Of a stretch of DNA of 64,000 bases, positions 32,155 through 41,405 are shown in pieces (position 1 is the first letter of the stretch; each line of letters begins with the position of its first letter). Made by a program: the position numbers and the translations under genes. Location: NCBI GenBank assembly GCA_963786105.1, contig CAWAXX010000014.1:32001-96000 (forward strand). Reading direction: 5' to 3'. Origin of the DNA: Vulcanimicrobiota bacterium. Its GTDB lineage: Bacteria; Vulcanimicrobiota; Vulcanimicrobiia; Vulcanimicrobiales; Vulcanimicrobiaceae. A model generated the notes under the pieces. The model had not been told where the DNA came from, searched no databases, and saw only the letters and a program-made list of their open reading frames with translations.

Positions 32155-33501
32155 ATGTCACGTTATTATTTTTGGTTTCTCTGTTGCATCTCCGCCGCAC
32201 TCGGCGCCTGCAGCAGCAACGATTCAATCCTCCACACGCAGTCGAGCTTACCGGTTATGCCGGCGTCGCAAAAGCACTCGTCCGACGGAGATTACATCAA
32301 GCACGTCGTGATCGTCGTGCAGGAAAACCGCAGTTTCGACAATCTCTTCGCCACCTTTCCAAATGCCGACGGTGCGACGCGCGGCAAAAACAGTTCCGGC
32401 CAATGGGTCAAACTCAAATCGGAGAATCTGCACAGCGGGCTGGAGTTGGAGAACAGCCGCGCGGCGTTCCTGGTGGATTACGACGCCGGAAAAATGGACG
32501 GTTGGAATCTGGTTTACGTCAATTCCGCTCCGTGCCCGCGTTGTGCCTACGCGTACGTCAATCCCGCACAAATCCAGCCGTACTGGTCGATGGCACAGCA
32601 ATACGTCCTCGCCGACCACATGTTTCCCTCCGAATCGAGCGGCAGCTTTTCCGCCCATCAGGATCTCATCCGAGGGGACAGCACTCTCGATCAGAACGAT
32701 ACCCTCGTCGATTTCCCGTCGCACGGGCCATGGGGATGCGACGCGCCGTCGGGTACCACGACGCCTTTGCTGAACGCACAAGGCCAGTACACCCTAAACG
32801 GGCCATTCCCGTGCTTCACGTACGAAACGCTGCGGGATACCCTCGACGCAAAGTCCGTTTCGTGGAAGTACTATACGCCAGCCCTGTTTACCGGAGGTCT
32901 CGCGGGCGCGTATTGGGACGCCTTCGACGCCATCAGCGCCGTTCGCAACGGACCGGAATGGAAGAAGAACATCTCTTCGCCCGAGAAAAAGATCTTCAAC
33001 GACATTTCAAAGGGTTCGCTCGCATCCGTTTCTTGGGTCATTCCGGACGGACAGAACTCCGACCATCCGAGCTTTGCAAAGTCGGATACCGGTCCGGCGT
33101 GGGTGGCTCAAGTGGTCAATGCGATCGGTCAAAGCAAGTATTGGAATTCGACCGCGATCGTCGTCGTGTGGGACGACTGGGGCGGGTGGTACGATCACGT
33201 AGCGCCGCCTCAGCTCGACTACGCCGGTCTCGGGTTTCGCGTCCCGATGATCGTCGTTTCGCCGTACGCTAAAGCCGGCTACGTGTCGCACACGCAGTAC
33301 GAGTTCGGAAGTGTCGTGAAATTCGTGGAAGACGTCTTTGGCCTCTCCCGGTTGGGAACGAGCGACGTACGCGCGGCGAGCATCGACGACGTTTTCGATT
33401 TCACGCAGCAACCGCGTCCGTTCAATCCCGTTCCCGCGAAATACTCGAAGTCGTACTTCGAGCGTCAGTTGCCGTCGAATACTCCGGTCGACACGAACTA
33501 G
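32155..33501 (+). CDS. phosphoesterase (phospholipase C/AcpA family) lipoprotein, third paralog
   Basis: LGAC lipobox; HVVIVVQENRSFDN, SDHP, WDDWGGWYDHV, GFRVP. Confidence 0.85.
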   Translation: MSRYYFWFLCCISAALGACSSNDSILHTQSSLPVMPASQKHSSDGDYIKHVVIVVQENRSFDNLFATFPNADGATRGKNSSGQWVKLKSENLHSGLELENSRAAFLVDYDAGKMDGWNLVYVNSAPCPRCAYAYVNPAQIQPYWSMAQQYVLADHMFPSESSGSFSAHQDLIRGDSTLDQNDTLVDFPSHGPWGCDAPSGTTTPLLNAQGQYTLNGPFPCFTYETLRDTLDAKSVSWKYYTPALFTGGLAGAYWDAFDAISAVRNGPEWKKNISSPEKKIFNDISKGSLASVSWVIPDGQNSDHPSFAKSDTGPAWVAQVVNAIGQSKYWNSTAIVVVWDDWGGWYDHVAPPQLDYAGLGFRVPMIVVSPYAKAGYVSHTQYEFGSVVKFVEDVFGLSRLGTSDVRAASIDDVFDFTQQPRPFNPVPAKYSKSYFERQLPSNTPVDTN

Positions 33502-33509
33502 GCTGCCGC

Positions 33510-33536
33510 GGCGGGGTCGTTGGAAACGACTCCGCC
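33510..33536 (+). terminator. GC-rich stem-loop just after the phosphoesterase stop
   Basis: GGCGGGGTCGT-TGGAA-ACGACTCCGCC, 11-bp stem with one G-U pair; lacks a U tract. Confidence 0.4.
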
Positions 33537-33567
33537 AAGCACTTGCTAAGTAGTTCAATCGCTCAGT

Positions 33568-33600
33568 GGGTCCAAAGTCCCATGCTCTGGGACTTTGGAC
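33568..33600. promoter_or_regulatory. perfect 13-bp inverted repeat built from two GGGAC-N4-GNC boxes
   Basis: GTCCAAAGTCCCA-TGCTC-TGGGACTTTGGAC (33570-33600); contains GGGTC-CAAA-GTCCC. Confidence 0.55.
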
Positions 33601-33694
33601 GCATGAGTCTTGACCGGCCGGCACGAACCCTCGCCTCGACTTGGATTACAACCAAGCGCCCTAGCTGCCGGCGGGATGCGGCATCGAGGCAAAT

Positions 33695-34696
33695 GTGGGT
33701 GTGCGCGTATTTCCGATTCGACTCGCCCTCGCGGTGGTACTAACCGCGGCTGGGCTCACCGCTTGTTCGGGTGGCATGCCACCGGAATCGAACGGCCGGA
33801 CATCTCCGGCGAGCGCCGGAAGCCTGCGCGTACGGCATTCCTCTATATTTTACGGTTGTCCGGTCTTCAAAAACACGTACGCTGTTAAGGTAGCGAGTTG
33901 GGCCCTCGATCCGAACAGCGCTGCGTACATTAGTTCCGTCATCCAGGCCGGCGACACCATGGGTTTTTACGCGTCGACCGGCGTCGAGAAAGCGAATCTT
34001 GCCAATAACCAAACGCCGTTGGTCACCGTGCACCAGAAAGTCCAATGGCATCAATTTCCCGTCCCGTACCCGTGGCAGTCGGGATTCTATATCGAGCCGC
34101 TGGGCGACGCGCACGCGATTGTCGTTCAGACCGATAGCTGCCATCTCTACGAGTCGTACTCCACGACGTACAGCAACGGTACGCTGAGCGCATACAGCGG
34201 CGCGAACTGGGACATGACGATTCGGTTCGTCCCGCTGGCTCCGGGCAATCCGTCGGCCATGGCGTCGGGCCTCTCGCTTTTTGCGGGAATGGTAAAGTGG
34301 GAAGACTACGAATCGGGCTCGATCGATCACGCACTCGACTGGTCGGCGATCGCGCATACGGTTGCGCAGACCGGGTTCGTTTGGCCGGCAAGCGATACGG
34401 ATCACTTGCAGTTCAACGGAAAGAGCCAATACCAGTTGCCGTACGGAGCGCGGTTGCGTCTGAAAGCCTCTTTTAGCACCTACGGTTGGGGACCTCAGGC
34501 GACGATGGTCGCTAACGCGATGAAGACGTACGGAATGTATCTGTCGGACACCGGCTCGAGTGCGAACGGCCTCTACTTTGCAAATGCGAGCAATGGGAGC
34601 AATCCCTGGAATTCGATCGACCTCTCGGCGTTAGGGCAAATTCACGTCGGCGACTTTGACGTGCTCAAGCTTCCGCCAATTCAAAACGCTCCCTAA
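33695..34696 (+). CDS. uncharacterised secreted lipoprotein (paralog A)
   Basis: LTAC lipobox; conserved DAHAIVVQ..SC.LYE, PSAMASGLSL.AGMV.WE, LPYGARLRL.ASF, AMKTYG.YL.DT shared with the convergent gene. Confidence 0.7.
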   Translation: MGVRVFPIRLALAVVLTAAGLTACSGGMPPESNGRTSPASAGSLRVRHSSIFYGCPVFKNTYAVKVASWALDPNSAAYISSVIQAGDTMGFYASTGVEKANLANNQTPLVTVHQKVQWHQFPVPYPWQSGFYIEPLGDAHAIVVQTDSCHLYESYSTTYSNGTLSAYSGANWDMTIRFVPLAPGNPSAMASGLSLFAGMVKWEDYESGSIDHALDWSAIAHTVAQTGFVWPASDTDHLQFNGKSQYQLPYGARLRLKASFSTYGWGPQATMVANAMKTYGMYLSDTGSSANGLYFANASNGSNPWNSIDLSALGQIHVGDFDVLKLPPIQNAP

Positions 34697-34714
34697 AGAC
34701 GTCAGCGGAGGCGC

Positions 34715-35611
34715 TTAGTGGCCGGGTACGCGCTCGATGGCTCCCAGCGAGAGTACGTCGAAGTCCGTTATGTGGATCGAGCCGAGCGCTGCCAGATCCG
34801 GTCCGCTCCAATGGTTCGACCCGTCCAACGCCAGGGCGTCGTACAACTCGTCCTCACGTGCGGTGTCTGCCAAGTAGATGCCGTAGGTTTTCATCGCTCG
34901 AGCGATGGCCGCACTTTGCGGGCCAAAATGGGAGGTATCGAACGACGCTCGCAGCCGGAGACGAGCGCCGTACGGCAGCTGATACCGTCCGTTTCCTTTG
35001 AACGGCAATCCGTCGGTATCGCTGGCCGGGCGAACGAAACTCCATTGCGCGACGGTCCCCGCCGGAGCCGCCCAGTTTAGCGCGTGACCGATCGAGCCGC
35101 GCGCGACTTCTTCCCAACGAACCATCCCCGCATACAGCGAAAGACCGGATGCCATCGCCGATGGCGTGCCCGGCCCCAGCGGAACGAAGGGACGGCGCAG
35201 GTTCCAGTGCGCACCGCTGTACGCCGAGAGCACGCCGGCGGAAAACGTCGTCTGGTACGTCTCGTATAGCTCGCACGATAGCGTTTGAACCACCATCGCG
35301 TGCGCGTCGCTCAGCGGCTCGATGTAAAAATCCGGGCGCCACGGATACGGCACCGGAAACTGATGATACCGTACCTTTTGACGAACCGGAAACGCCGGCG
35401 TTGCGTCGTCGGCGAGGTTGACGCGCTCGGCTGGGTCGGCGGCCATCCAGAAACCGCCCCGATCGCCAGCGTCGACGATCGATCGTACGTACCGCTCGCT
35501 ATTAGGGTCGACCGAAGCGTTGAGAACGGAATTCGAATAGTAACCGCCCGCTCCAAACAGTCCGCACGCAGTCAGAGCCGTTGCTAGAACCGTCGAACTT
35601 CCTAACGCCAC
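34715..35611 (-). CDS. uncharacterised secreted protein (paralog B, convergent)
   Basis: Colinear similarity to 33695..34696; N-terminal hydrophobic stretch ending LTAC. Confidence 0.7.
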   Translation of the reverse strand: MALGSSTVLATALTACGLFGAGGYYSNSVLNASVDPNSERYVRSIVDAGDRGGFWMAADPAERVNLADDATPAFPVRQKVRYHQFPVPYPWRPDFYIEPLSDAHAMVVQTLSCELYETYQTTFSAGVLSAYSGAHWNLRRPFVPLGPGTPSAMASGLSLYAGMVRWEEVARGSIGHALNWAAPAGTVAQWSFVRPASDTDGLPFKGNGRYQLPYGARLRLRASFDTSHFGPQSAAIARAMKTYGIYLADTAREDELYDALALDGSNHWSGPDLAALGSIHITDFDVLSLGAIERVPGH

Positions 35612-35702
35612 GAGGACCTCGACTTCTCCGCGAACCTCCCGGTTGCTTCTAGCGGGATGACAGGCGCTCCGCTCAGGATGACACGCGAGAACCGAGTCCG
35701 GC

Positions 35703-36524
35703 CTAGTGTCCGCTAATAATCGTGGCGCCGAATCCGATCAGCATCGCGGCCGGCACGAGGACGAGTTGAGATAGAACCATGCCGACGACCGCCGTCATCG
35801 AGAGTCCGGTGACCAGCGCTTTGACGTCCTCCAACGAGCGCTCCCCGCGAACTGCGCGGTCGGTAATCAGCGCCGAGGCCGGATCGACGATGATGTTGTA
35901 GGCGATGGTGGCAAAGCCGTTGACCAGGCCGCTGGAAAGAACGGCGGTTCGCGCTGCCGCCGGGTTGAGTACGCTGGCGTAGGCGGCGGCCGCGATGCCC
36001 GCGCCATATACTGCCGTAACGAGCACGTTCAGAATGAGGACGTCTTTCGGAACGCGCCGGAACGGAAGATCGCGCCACCGCGTCGCCACGCCGAACTTCA
36101 CCTCTCCCATCACGGCGGCGATCGTGGCCGGTCGAAACATCGCAAGCGCGGCCTTGGGAATGCTGCCGTTGCGCTCGAGCGATCGAATCGCGCGCAGATA
36201 GAACATGACGAACGTCGGTATCGCCAGCGTTCCGATAACGGCTCCGACGGTCCCCGAAAGAATGATCGAGCGCAGCTGCCATTGATAGACGCCAAGCGTC
36301 GCCGAGACGGCGCGGTCGGAGAGAGCGCCAAGCATCGGTGTGTAAAACATCTGCGCGAAGCGGCTGCTGGTCGCAAAGATGTTGAAGAGCGAAATAGCGG
36401 TGGCCACTCTGCCGGAGCGCGCGCCGGCCAGGCGAGCCGCGTACGCCGCGATCGCCAGCGCCTGGACGGCGCAATTGAGAACGATGGCCAGCAATAGCTG
36501 CCACGACCAAAAGTGGGGGGGCAC
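35703..36524 (-). CDS. amj: lipid II flippase Amj (DUF2837) family protein
   Basis: AYAARLAG.R.GR.A.A.SLFN...SR, SGLVNGFATI....VDP motifs recalled for Amj; multi-TM protein of 273 aa. Confidence 0.75.
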   Translation of the reverse strand: MPPHFWSWQLLLAIVLNCAVQALAIAAYAARLAGARSGRVATAISLFNIFATSSRFAQMFYTPMLGALSDRAVSATLGVYQWQLRSIILSGTVGAVIGTLAIPTFVMFYLRAIRSLERNGSIPKAALAMFRPATIAAVMGEVKFGVATRWRDLPFRRVPKDVLILNVLVTAVYGAGIAAAAYASVLNPAAARTAVLSSGLVNGFATIAYNIIVDPASALITDRAVRGERSLEDVKALVTGLSMTAVVGMVLSQLVLVPAAMLIGFGATIISGH

Positions 36525-36635
36525 CTAGGTAGTCTAAAGCGCGCGGCGGGCTGGGCAATCTATCCTTCGCCCCTGTCGGTGGGACTTTCGCTTCTCGACG
36601 CCGCGGCACACGTACCGTATATTCGAAGAACCCGG

Positions 36636-38096
36636 ATGGCCACATCAACGACGACGCAAATCGAGCCACGAGCCGCACTCGCAGCCATCGCGCTCATGGG
36701 CGCGGCCGCCTTCCTTTTGCTCGTCGGCAATACGGGGGCTGGTGCGCTCGTCTGTGCGGCGGTCTTAGGAACCGCGGGGATCTATGCCGCGCTGCGGTGG
36801 CCGCTCGACTCGTTATTCGGCCTGTTCGTCTTGCTCGTTCCCTTCGACAACGTGCTGAACACCGGCTCGTTCGGTACCTTAACCAAGCTCCTCGGCGTGG
36901 TCGCGGGCGCATTTTTGTTATTCTGGGTCATGCGCCGGCGGCGTTTCAGCTTGGCGAGCAAGCCGGTGCAGGTGTTGTGCGCGCTCGTCGTTTGGATGCT
37001 CGCCAGCTGCCTGTGGGCCGTCGATCAGAAAGCCGCGCTGCAAATGATCCCGACGTACGCCGGGCTGATGCTGCTTTATTCGGTGCTCACGATGGTTCCG
37101 ATTTCGCGGGCGCAGTTTCGGATGCTGTTGTTTCTGATCGTTATCGGCGGCGTGTGCGCGGCCGCTTACGGCGCGAATCTCTTCTATCACGACCCGTCCT
37201 TCGCCCAACAAGCCCTTACGATGCGCCGGCTCGTCATCCAGGTCGGCGACTATCACATCGACCCGAACCACTTTTCGGACGCGCTGTTGTTCCCAGTCGC
37301 GATCGTCTCGATGTGGGCGCTGCGAGCCAAGGGATTCTTCACCAGGATCCTGTGCGTTGCAGCACTCGCCTTGCTGGTTGTGGCCATTCTCTTGAGCGGC
37401 TCGCGTGAAGGCCTGACGGCAATCGGCGTCATCGCCGCGTACTATCTTTGGCGGTCGCGCTACCGGTTTCGGCTGGCGGCCGGAATGGCGGTCGTGCTCA
37501 TCGTCGTCGCCACCGTACAGACCTCGGTGTTCCTGCGCTTTTCAACCGCATTGCAAACCGGCGGCTCGGGGCGAACGTCGATTTGGGCCGTCGCGATCGA
37601 GGCCGCGAAACACCGGTTTCTGCAGGGTTACGGTATCGGGAACTTTACCGAGGCATTCAACATCTACTATCTCAGCATTCACCAGCCGTACCCTTATGGG
37701 TGGGATAGCCCCGCGCACAATCTCGTGCTGCACTATCTCGTCGAGCTGGGCATCGTCGGCGTCGTTCTGATCGCCGGATTTTTCGTCGCACAGTTTCGCT
37801 CGCTGCGCGAGATCGATCGGAATGGCGAGTTTTATGACTACCGCGTCGTGATGGAATCGAGTTTGCTCGCTATCCTCGTCGTCTCGATGACGATCGATCT
37901 CTTCCAGTACAAGTACGCGTGGCTCGTCTTTGCGATGGTTGCGTTGCTGCGAAACGTGGCGGTCGCTCAGCAGAGCGCCGCGATGCGCCCGGCCAGATCC
38001 GCCATGATATCCGACCTATCGGCTCGTCTCAAAACGAGCTCCTTACCCTTATTGCCGAGTTCGCGCAGCGCGACCTTATCGAGCAGCGAGATCTGA
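36636..38096 (+). CDS. O-antigen ligase/Wzy polymerase family membrane protein
   Basis: Multiple TM helices; DPNH, SGSREG, SGRTSIW, GYGIGNF, AHNLVL...VELGIVG. Confidence 0.85.
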   Translation: MATSTTTQIEPRAALAAIALMGAAAFLLLVGNTGAGALVCAAVLGTAGIYAALRWPLDSLFGLFVLLVPFDNVLNTGSFGTLTKLLGVVAGAFLLFWVMRRRRFSLASKPVQVLCALVVWMLASCLWAVDQKAALQMIPTYAGLMLLYSVLTMVPISRAQFRMLLFLIVIGGVCAAAYGANLFYHDPSFAQQALTMRRLVIQVGDYHIDPNHFSDALLFPVAIVSMWALRAKGFFTRILCVAALALLVVAILLSGSREGLTAIGVIAAYYLWRSRYRFRLAAGMAVVLIVVATVQTSVFLRFSTALQTGGSGRTSIWAVAIEAAKHRFLQGYGIGNFTEAFNIYYLSIHQPYPYGWDSPAHNLVLHYLVELGIVGVVLIAGFFVAQFRSLREIDRNGEFYDYRVVMESSLLAILVVSMTIDLFQYKYAWLVFAMVALLRNVAVAQQSAAMRPARSAMISDLSARLKTSSLPLLPSSRSATLSSSEI

Positions 38097-39151
38097 CGCA
38101 GCGCGTCGGCTAACGCTCGCGCGTCTCCAGCCGGCGTACATACCGCGCCAAGCGAAGCGCCTTCCGACTGGGCCTCTCCGCCGGCTGCCACGATGACCGG
38201 GCAACCCACCGACAACGCGTCGTAGAGCTTGGTAGGGATGCTTTCCTCGATCCCCTTGCGCAGCGGAATGATCGAAACGTCCGCGTTCGCGACCTTCGCC
38301 ATGGCGCCGGCGCGGGACAAACTTCCGGTGAGGCGGAGATTACGTATTCCTTCGGTGCGCACGCGCTCGTCGAGGCGCGTCCGCTGGGCTCCGTCACCGA
38401 CGATTTCAATGCTAATGTCGTCTTTTGCGACCAGCTTGGCCGCATCGGCTAGGACGTCGATGTCGGTGGTGAGGCCGAGATTTCCGGCGTACACGGCGGT
38501 GAAGCCATCCGCGCGCGGAGGAAGAGCCTGCACGTCGGGGACTCTTTCGGCAGCATTGCGCGCGAGAACGAGCCGGGACGGCTCGACGCCGCGCTGCGCG
38601 ATTTGAGACAGTGCCGTCGGCGTCACCACGGAGACCAGATCGGCGCGGCTGTAGAGAAAGCGAACGAATCGCTCGATCGTCCGGGCGAAAAAGCCGTCGG
38701 GCTTCCAAACGCCCATCGCAATGGCGATGTCGGGGAATACATCGCGAACGTCGACAACGAACCGCGCGCCGTGCCGTGCCGCCCCGATCAAACCGGGTAC
38801 CGTTACCGTAATCGGTGGTGAACTGACGATCACGACGTCGTAGCGCTCGCTCGTTCCGATCATGTAAAGCGACTCCGAAAGCGCGGCCGTGAGCCAATGC
38901 AGAAGCCGCCCGCCGGGCATGCCCGGAACCAAGATCGAAAGAAGGCGGACGATCCGAAACCCGTCGCCTTCATCGACGCGTTTGATGGGTCGCCGCCGCT
39001 CGGCAAACCGGCCGCGCGGAAACGACGGATAGCTGGTGACGACCGTCACGTCGTGCCCCGCTTGTGCAAGAGCTTTCGCTAGCGTACCGACGCGCAGCGA
39101 TCCGGCCCCCGGCTCCGGCGGAAAAAAGTGGGTAATCAGCGCGACCTTCAC
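37967..39151 (-). CDS. GT4 glycosyltransferase (WbuB-like)
   Basis: HFFPPE, SSPP, DVRDVFPD, YAGNLG, PTKLYDALS.G.PVI. Confidence 0.88.
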   Translation of the reverse strand: MKVALITHFFPPEPGAGSLRVGTLAKALAQAGHDVTVVTSYPSFPRGRFAERRRPIKRVDEGDGFRIVRLLSILVPGMPGGRLLHWLTAALSESLYMIGTSERYDVVIVSSPPITVTVPGLIGAARHGARFVVDVRDVFPDIAIAMGVWKPDGFFARTIERFVRFLYSRADLVSVVTPTALSQIAQRGVEPSRLVLARNAAERVPDVQALPPRADGFTAVYAGNLGLTTDIDVLADAAKLVAKDDISIEIVGDGAQRTRLDERVRTEGIRNLRLTGSLSRAGAMAKVANADVSIIPLRKGIEESIPTKLYDALSVGCPVIVAAGGEAQSEGASLGAVCTPAGDARALADALRQISLLDKVALRELGNKGKELVLRRADRSDIMADLAGRIAALC

Positions 39152-40131
39152 GTCGTAGCCCCTCCCGAAACCGTGTCGAGTTTGAAGAACCGTTCGGGAA
39201 GACTGCCGAGCGTCTCGCCCAGGAGCCTTCGTCGGCTCGCCCGCGTTTCGGTGTAGGCCGTCCATCGCTGGGCCGCATCTTCGAATGAGGACTCGTCGAA
39301 CATTTTGGAAAGGACGTGCATCTGCGCGATGTGAAACTCGTGATACTTCAAGGTTGCGACGTGCGGCCGGCGCGTCGAGCTGCGCAAAAGGCTATACAGC
39401 GTCCACCAGCCGGTATCGAACCGCGGCAACCATCGCGCAAGCGTTTGGACGCACCGTTCGGAGAGTTCGCCGAGCCAGGGCTCGCCGGTGAGTTGCCATA
39501 GCTCCCAAATACCCCACAGCGCGTAGATGCATCCGTTGAGAACGTGCGGTGCGTGCCGGTTTGCGATCTCTTCGAAGAAGACGTCTTCGCCGCTTTTCCA
39601 GACGACGCCGCCGAGGTCGATCTCGGCTCGAAACGGTTCGGCAGCGCGAAGCGCGGCGGCGTCGAAGCCCGCACCTTTTTGCAGCCCATGCGCCCGCAAC
39701 AGCACCGAGATCGCTTCTCCTTGCGCCATCGCCGAAGCCCATCCCACCCCCGCGCCGTACTTGTGCCACGGAAAAGCAAACCGGTACGTACCGGCGATGC
39801 CGTCGTTCTGTTGGCAATCGCGAAGCCACGCGGCCTGCGCGAGAAAATCCATGCGTGCGGTGAGATCGCCGGTACGGCGCCACACGCCGAATCGGTGCAG
39901 GGCAAACTGAGCGATGCGGATGGCGTGATAGTACCGTTCGGGTCCGCTCAGCAGCACGCCGCTCGAATCGCGAGGTGCGCTCGTCCAATCTTCGCCGTAC
40001 ACGCCGTCTCCCGGATCCCACTCGATGAAATACGGAGATCCGCCCGGATCGCTCAAGGATTCCAAGCCGTACGCGCGGCGGTGCGACCACGTTAGTGGGA
40101 AGCCCAACGCCACCCGGCGCAGCACGCTCAC
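39148..40131 (-). CDS. D-glucuronyl C5-epimerase family protein (C5-epim_C domain)
   Basis: WASAMAQGEAISVLLRA, FFEE, HVLNG.IYALWG, LPRFDTGWWTLY, YHEFHIAQ match the heparan C5-epimerase C-terminal domain; GTGA coupling at both ends. Confidence 0.8.
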   Translation of the reverse strand: MSVLRRVALGFPLTWSHRRAYGLESLSDPGGSPYFIEWDPGDGVYGEDWTSAPRDSSGVLLSGPERYYHAIRIAQFALHRFGVWRRTGDLTARMDFLAQAAWLRDCQQNDGIAGTYRFAFPWHKYGAGVGWASAMAQGEAISVLLRAHGLQKGAGFDAAALRAAEPFRAEIDLGGVVWKSGEDVFFEEIANRHAPHVLNGCIYALWGIWELWQLTGEPWLGELSERCVQTLARWLPRFDTGWWTLYSLLRSSTRRPHVATLKYHEFHIAQMHVLSKMFDESSFEDAAQRWTAYTETRASRRRLLGETLGSLPERFFKLDTVSGGATT

Positions 40132-41405
40132 GCCACGGCCTGCCGGACCAGCGGGGCGAATTGGCGTCCCAATAGATAGCATTCGAACCCACAGCGCTGC
40201 CACTCTTCGAGGGCAAAAAAGTTTCGCGTATCGATCAGGCGTGCGGTGCGCATCAGCGGCGCCATCTCCGCCGGACGGATGCTTCGGAACGCCGCGTGCG
40301 GTGTGACCAAGACCAAGGCATCCGCGTCGGCCGCGGCGTGCGCGAGCGATTCGGACAGAGGCTGGGTAAATCGCGTGACGAGCGGGTCGTAGACGGCGGT
40401 CGCATAACCGCGTTCGTGCAGCAAATCGGCGATCCGGGCGGTGGGACTTTCACGCGCGTCGTCGACATCGGCCTTGTAGGCCGCGCCGAGCAGCGCGATC
40501 TTGCGGCCCCGCGCCGGGCCTACCATTTCGGCGATCCGGTGCACGATGTGGTACGGCATGCGATCGTTGACGCGCCGCGCAGATTGGATGAGTTCGGTGA
40601 CGAACGGGCTGGCATTGGAGAGAAATTGCGGATCGACCGGAATACAGTGTCCGCCGACCCCGGGGCCCGGATTTAAGATGTTGACCCGCGGATGCTTGTT
40701 CGCGAGCTCGATCGTTTCCCAAACGTCGACGCCGAGTTCCTCGGCGATGATCGAAAGCTCGTTCGCAAATGCGATGTTAACGTCGCGAAACGTGTTCTCC
40801 ACGATCTTGACGAACTCCGCACCGGCCGTCGACGCCAGTGCGATCGGACCTTCGCAGAACGACGAGTAGAGATCGCGGACGATTTCGCCATCGCGACGGG
40901 TGCGACCGCCGACCACCCGAGCGTTGCTGCGCAACTCTTCTATGATTGCACCCGGGATGACGCGTTCGGGACAGTGCGCGACGTGATAGTCGTCGATCGA
41001 TTTGCCGGCTCGGTGCAGGGCTCGCTCGAAAATTCGTTCGGTGGCACCGGGGGGCACCGTCGATTCCAGCACCAGCAGCGAGTGAGGTTCGGCCACCGCC
41101 GCGACCGCCTCGGCCGCCGCCTCCACGTAGCGAAGGTCCGGTTTGCCCTCGTGCGTCGGCGTGGGAAGACACAGAACGAATGCCCCAGCGGCCGGAACGC
41201 GGTCGACGACGTGCAGGTTGCCGCTGGCGAGGGCTTCGATCACGGCTTGGCGCACGGCGCTTTCGTTGGTGGCGATTTCGCCCCGCTGTAAACTGCGCCG
41301 CAGGTTTGGATTGGCATCGTAGCCGTACACGCGGTGCCCGCTTGACGCAAAAAGCGCCGCCGTCGGCAGCCCGATATACCCGAGGCCGATAACCGCTACG
41401 TTCAC
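40128..41405 (-). CDS. UDP-N-acetylhexosamine 6-dehydrogenase (WecC/WbpA family)
   Basis: GLGYIGLP, LESTVPPG, CPERVIPG, KIVENTFRDVNIAFANE, GPGVGGHCIPVDP, YKADVDDARESP. Confidence 0.9.
   Translation of the reverse strand: MNVAVIGLGYIGLPTAALFASSGHRVYGYDANPNLRRSLQRGEIATNESAVRQAVIEALASGNLHVVDRVPAAGAFVLCLPTPTHEGKPDLRYVEAAAEAVAAVAEPHSLLVLESTVPPGATERIFERALHRAGKSIDDYHVAHCPERVIPGAIIEELRSNARVVGGRTRRDGEIVRDLYSSFCEGPIALASTAGAEFVKIVENTFRDVNIAFANELSIIAEELGVDVWETIELANKHPRVNILNPGPGVGGHCIPVDPQFLSNASPFVTELIQSARRVNDRMPYHIVHRIAEMVGPARGRKIALLGAAYKADVDDARESPTARIADLLHERGYATAVYDPLVTRFTQPLSESLAHAAADADALVLVTPHAAFRSIRPAEMAPLMRTARLIDTRNFFALEEWQRCGFECYLLGRQFAPLVRQAVA

Noticed and set aside
36515..36521. G7 tract at the amj start as a phase-variation switch
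   Set aside because: Short for slipped-strand switching in a GC-rich genome, and the frame is intact.
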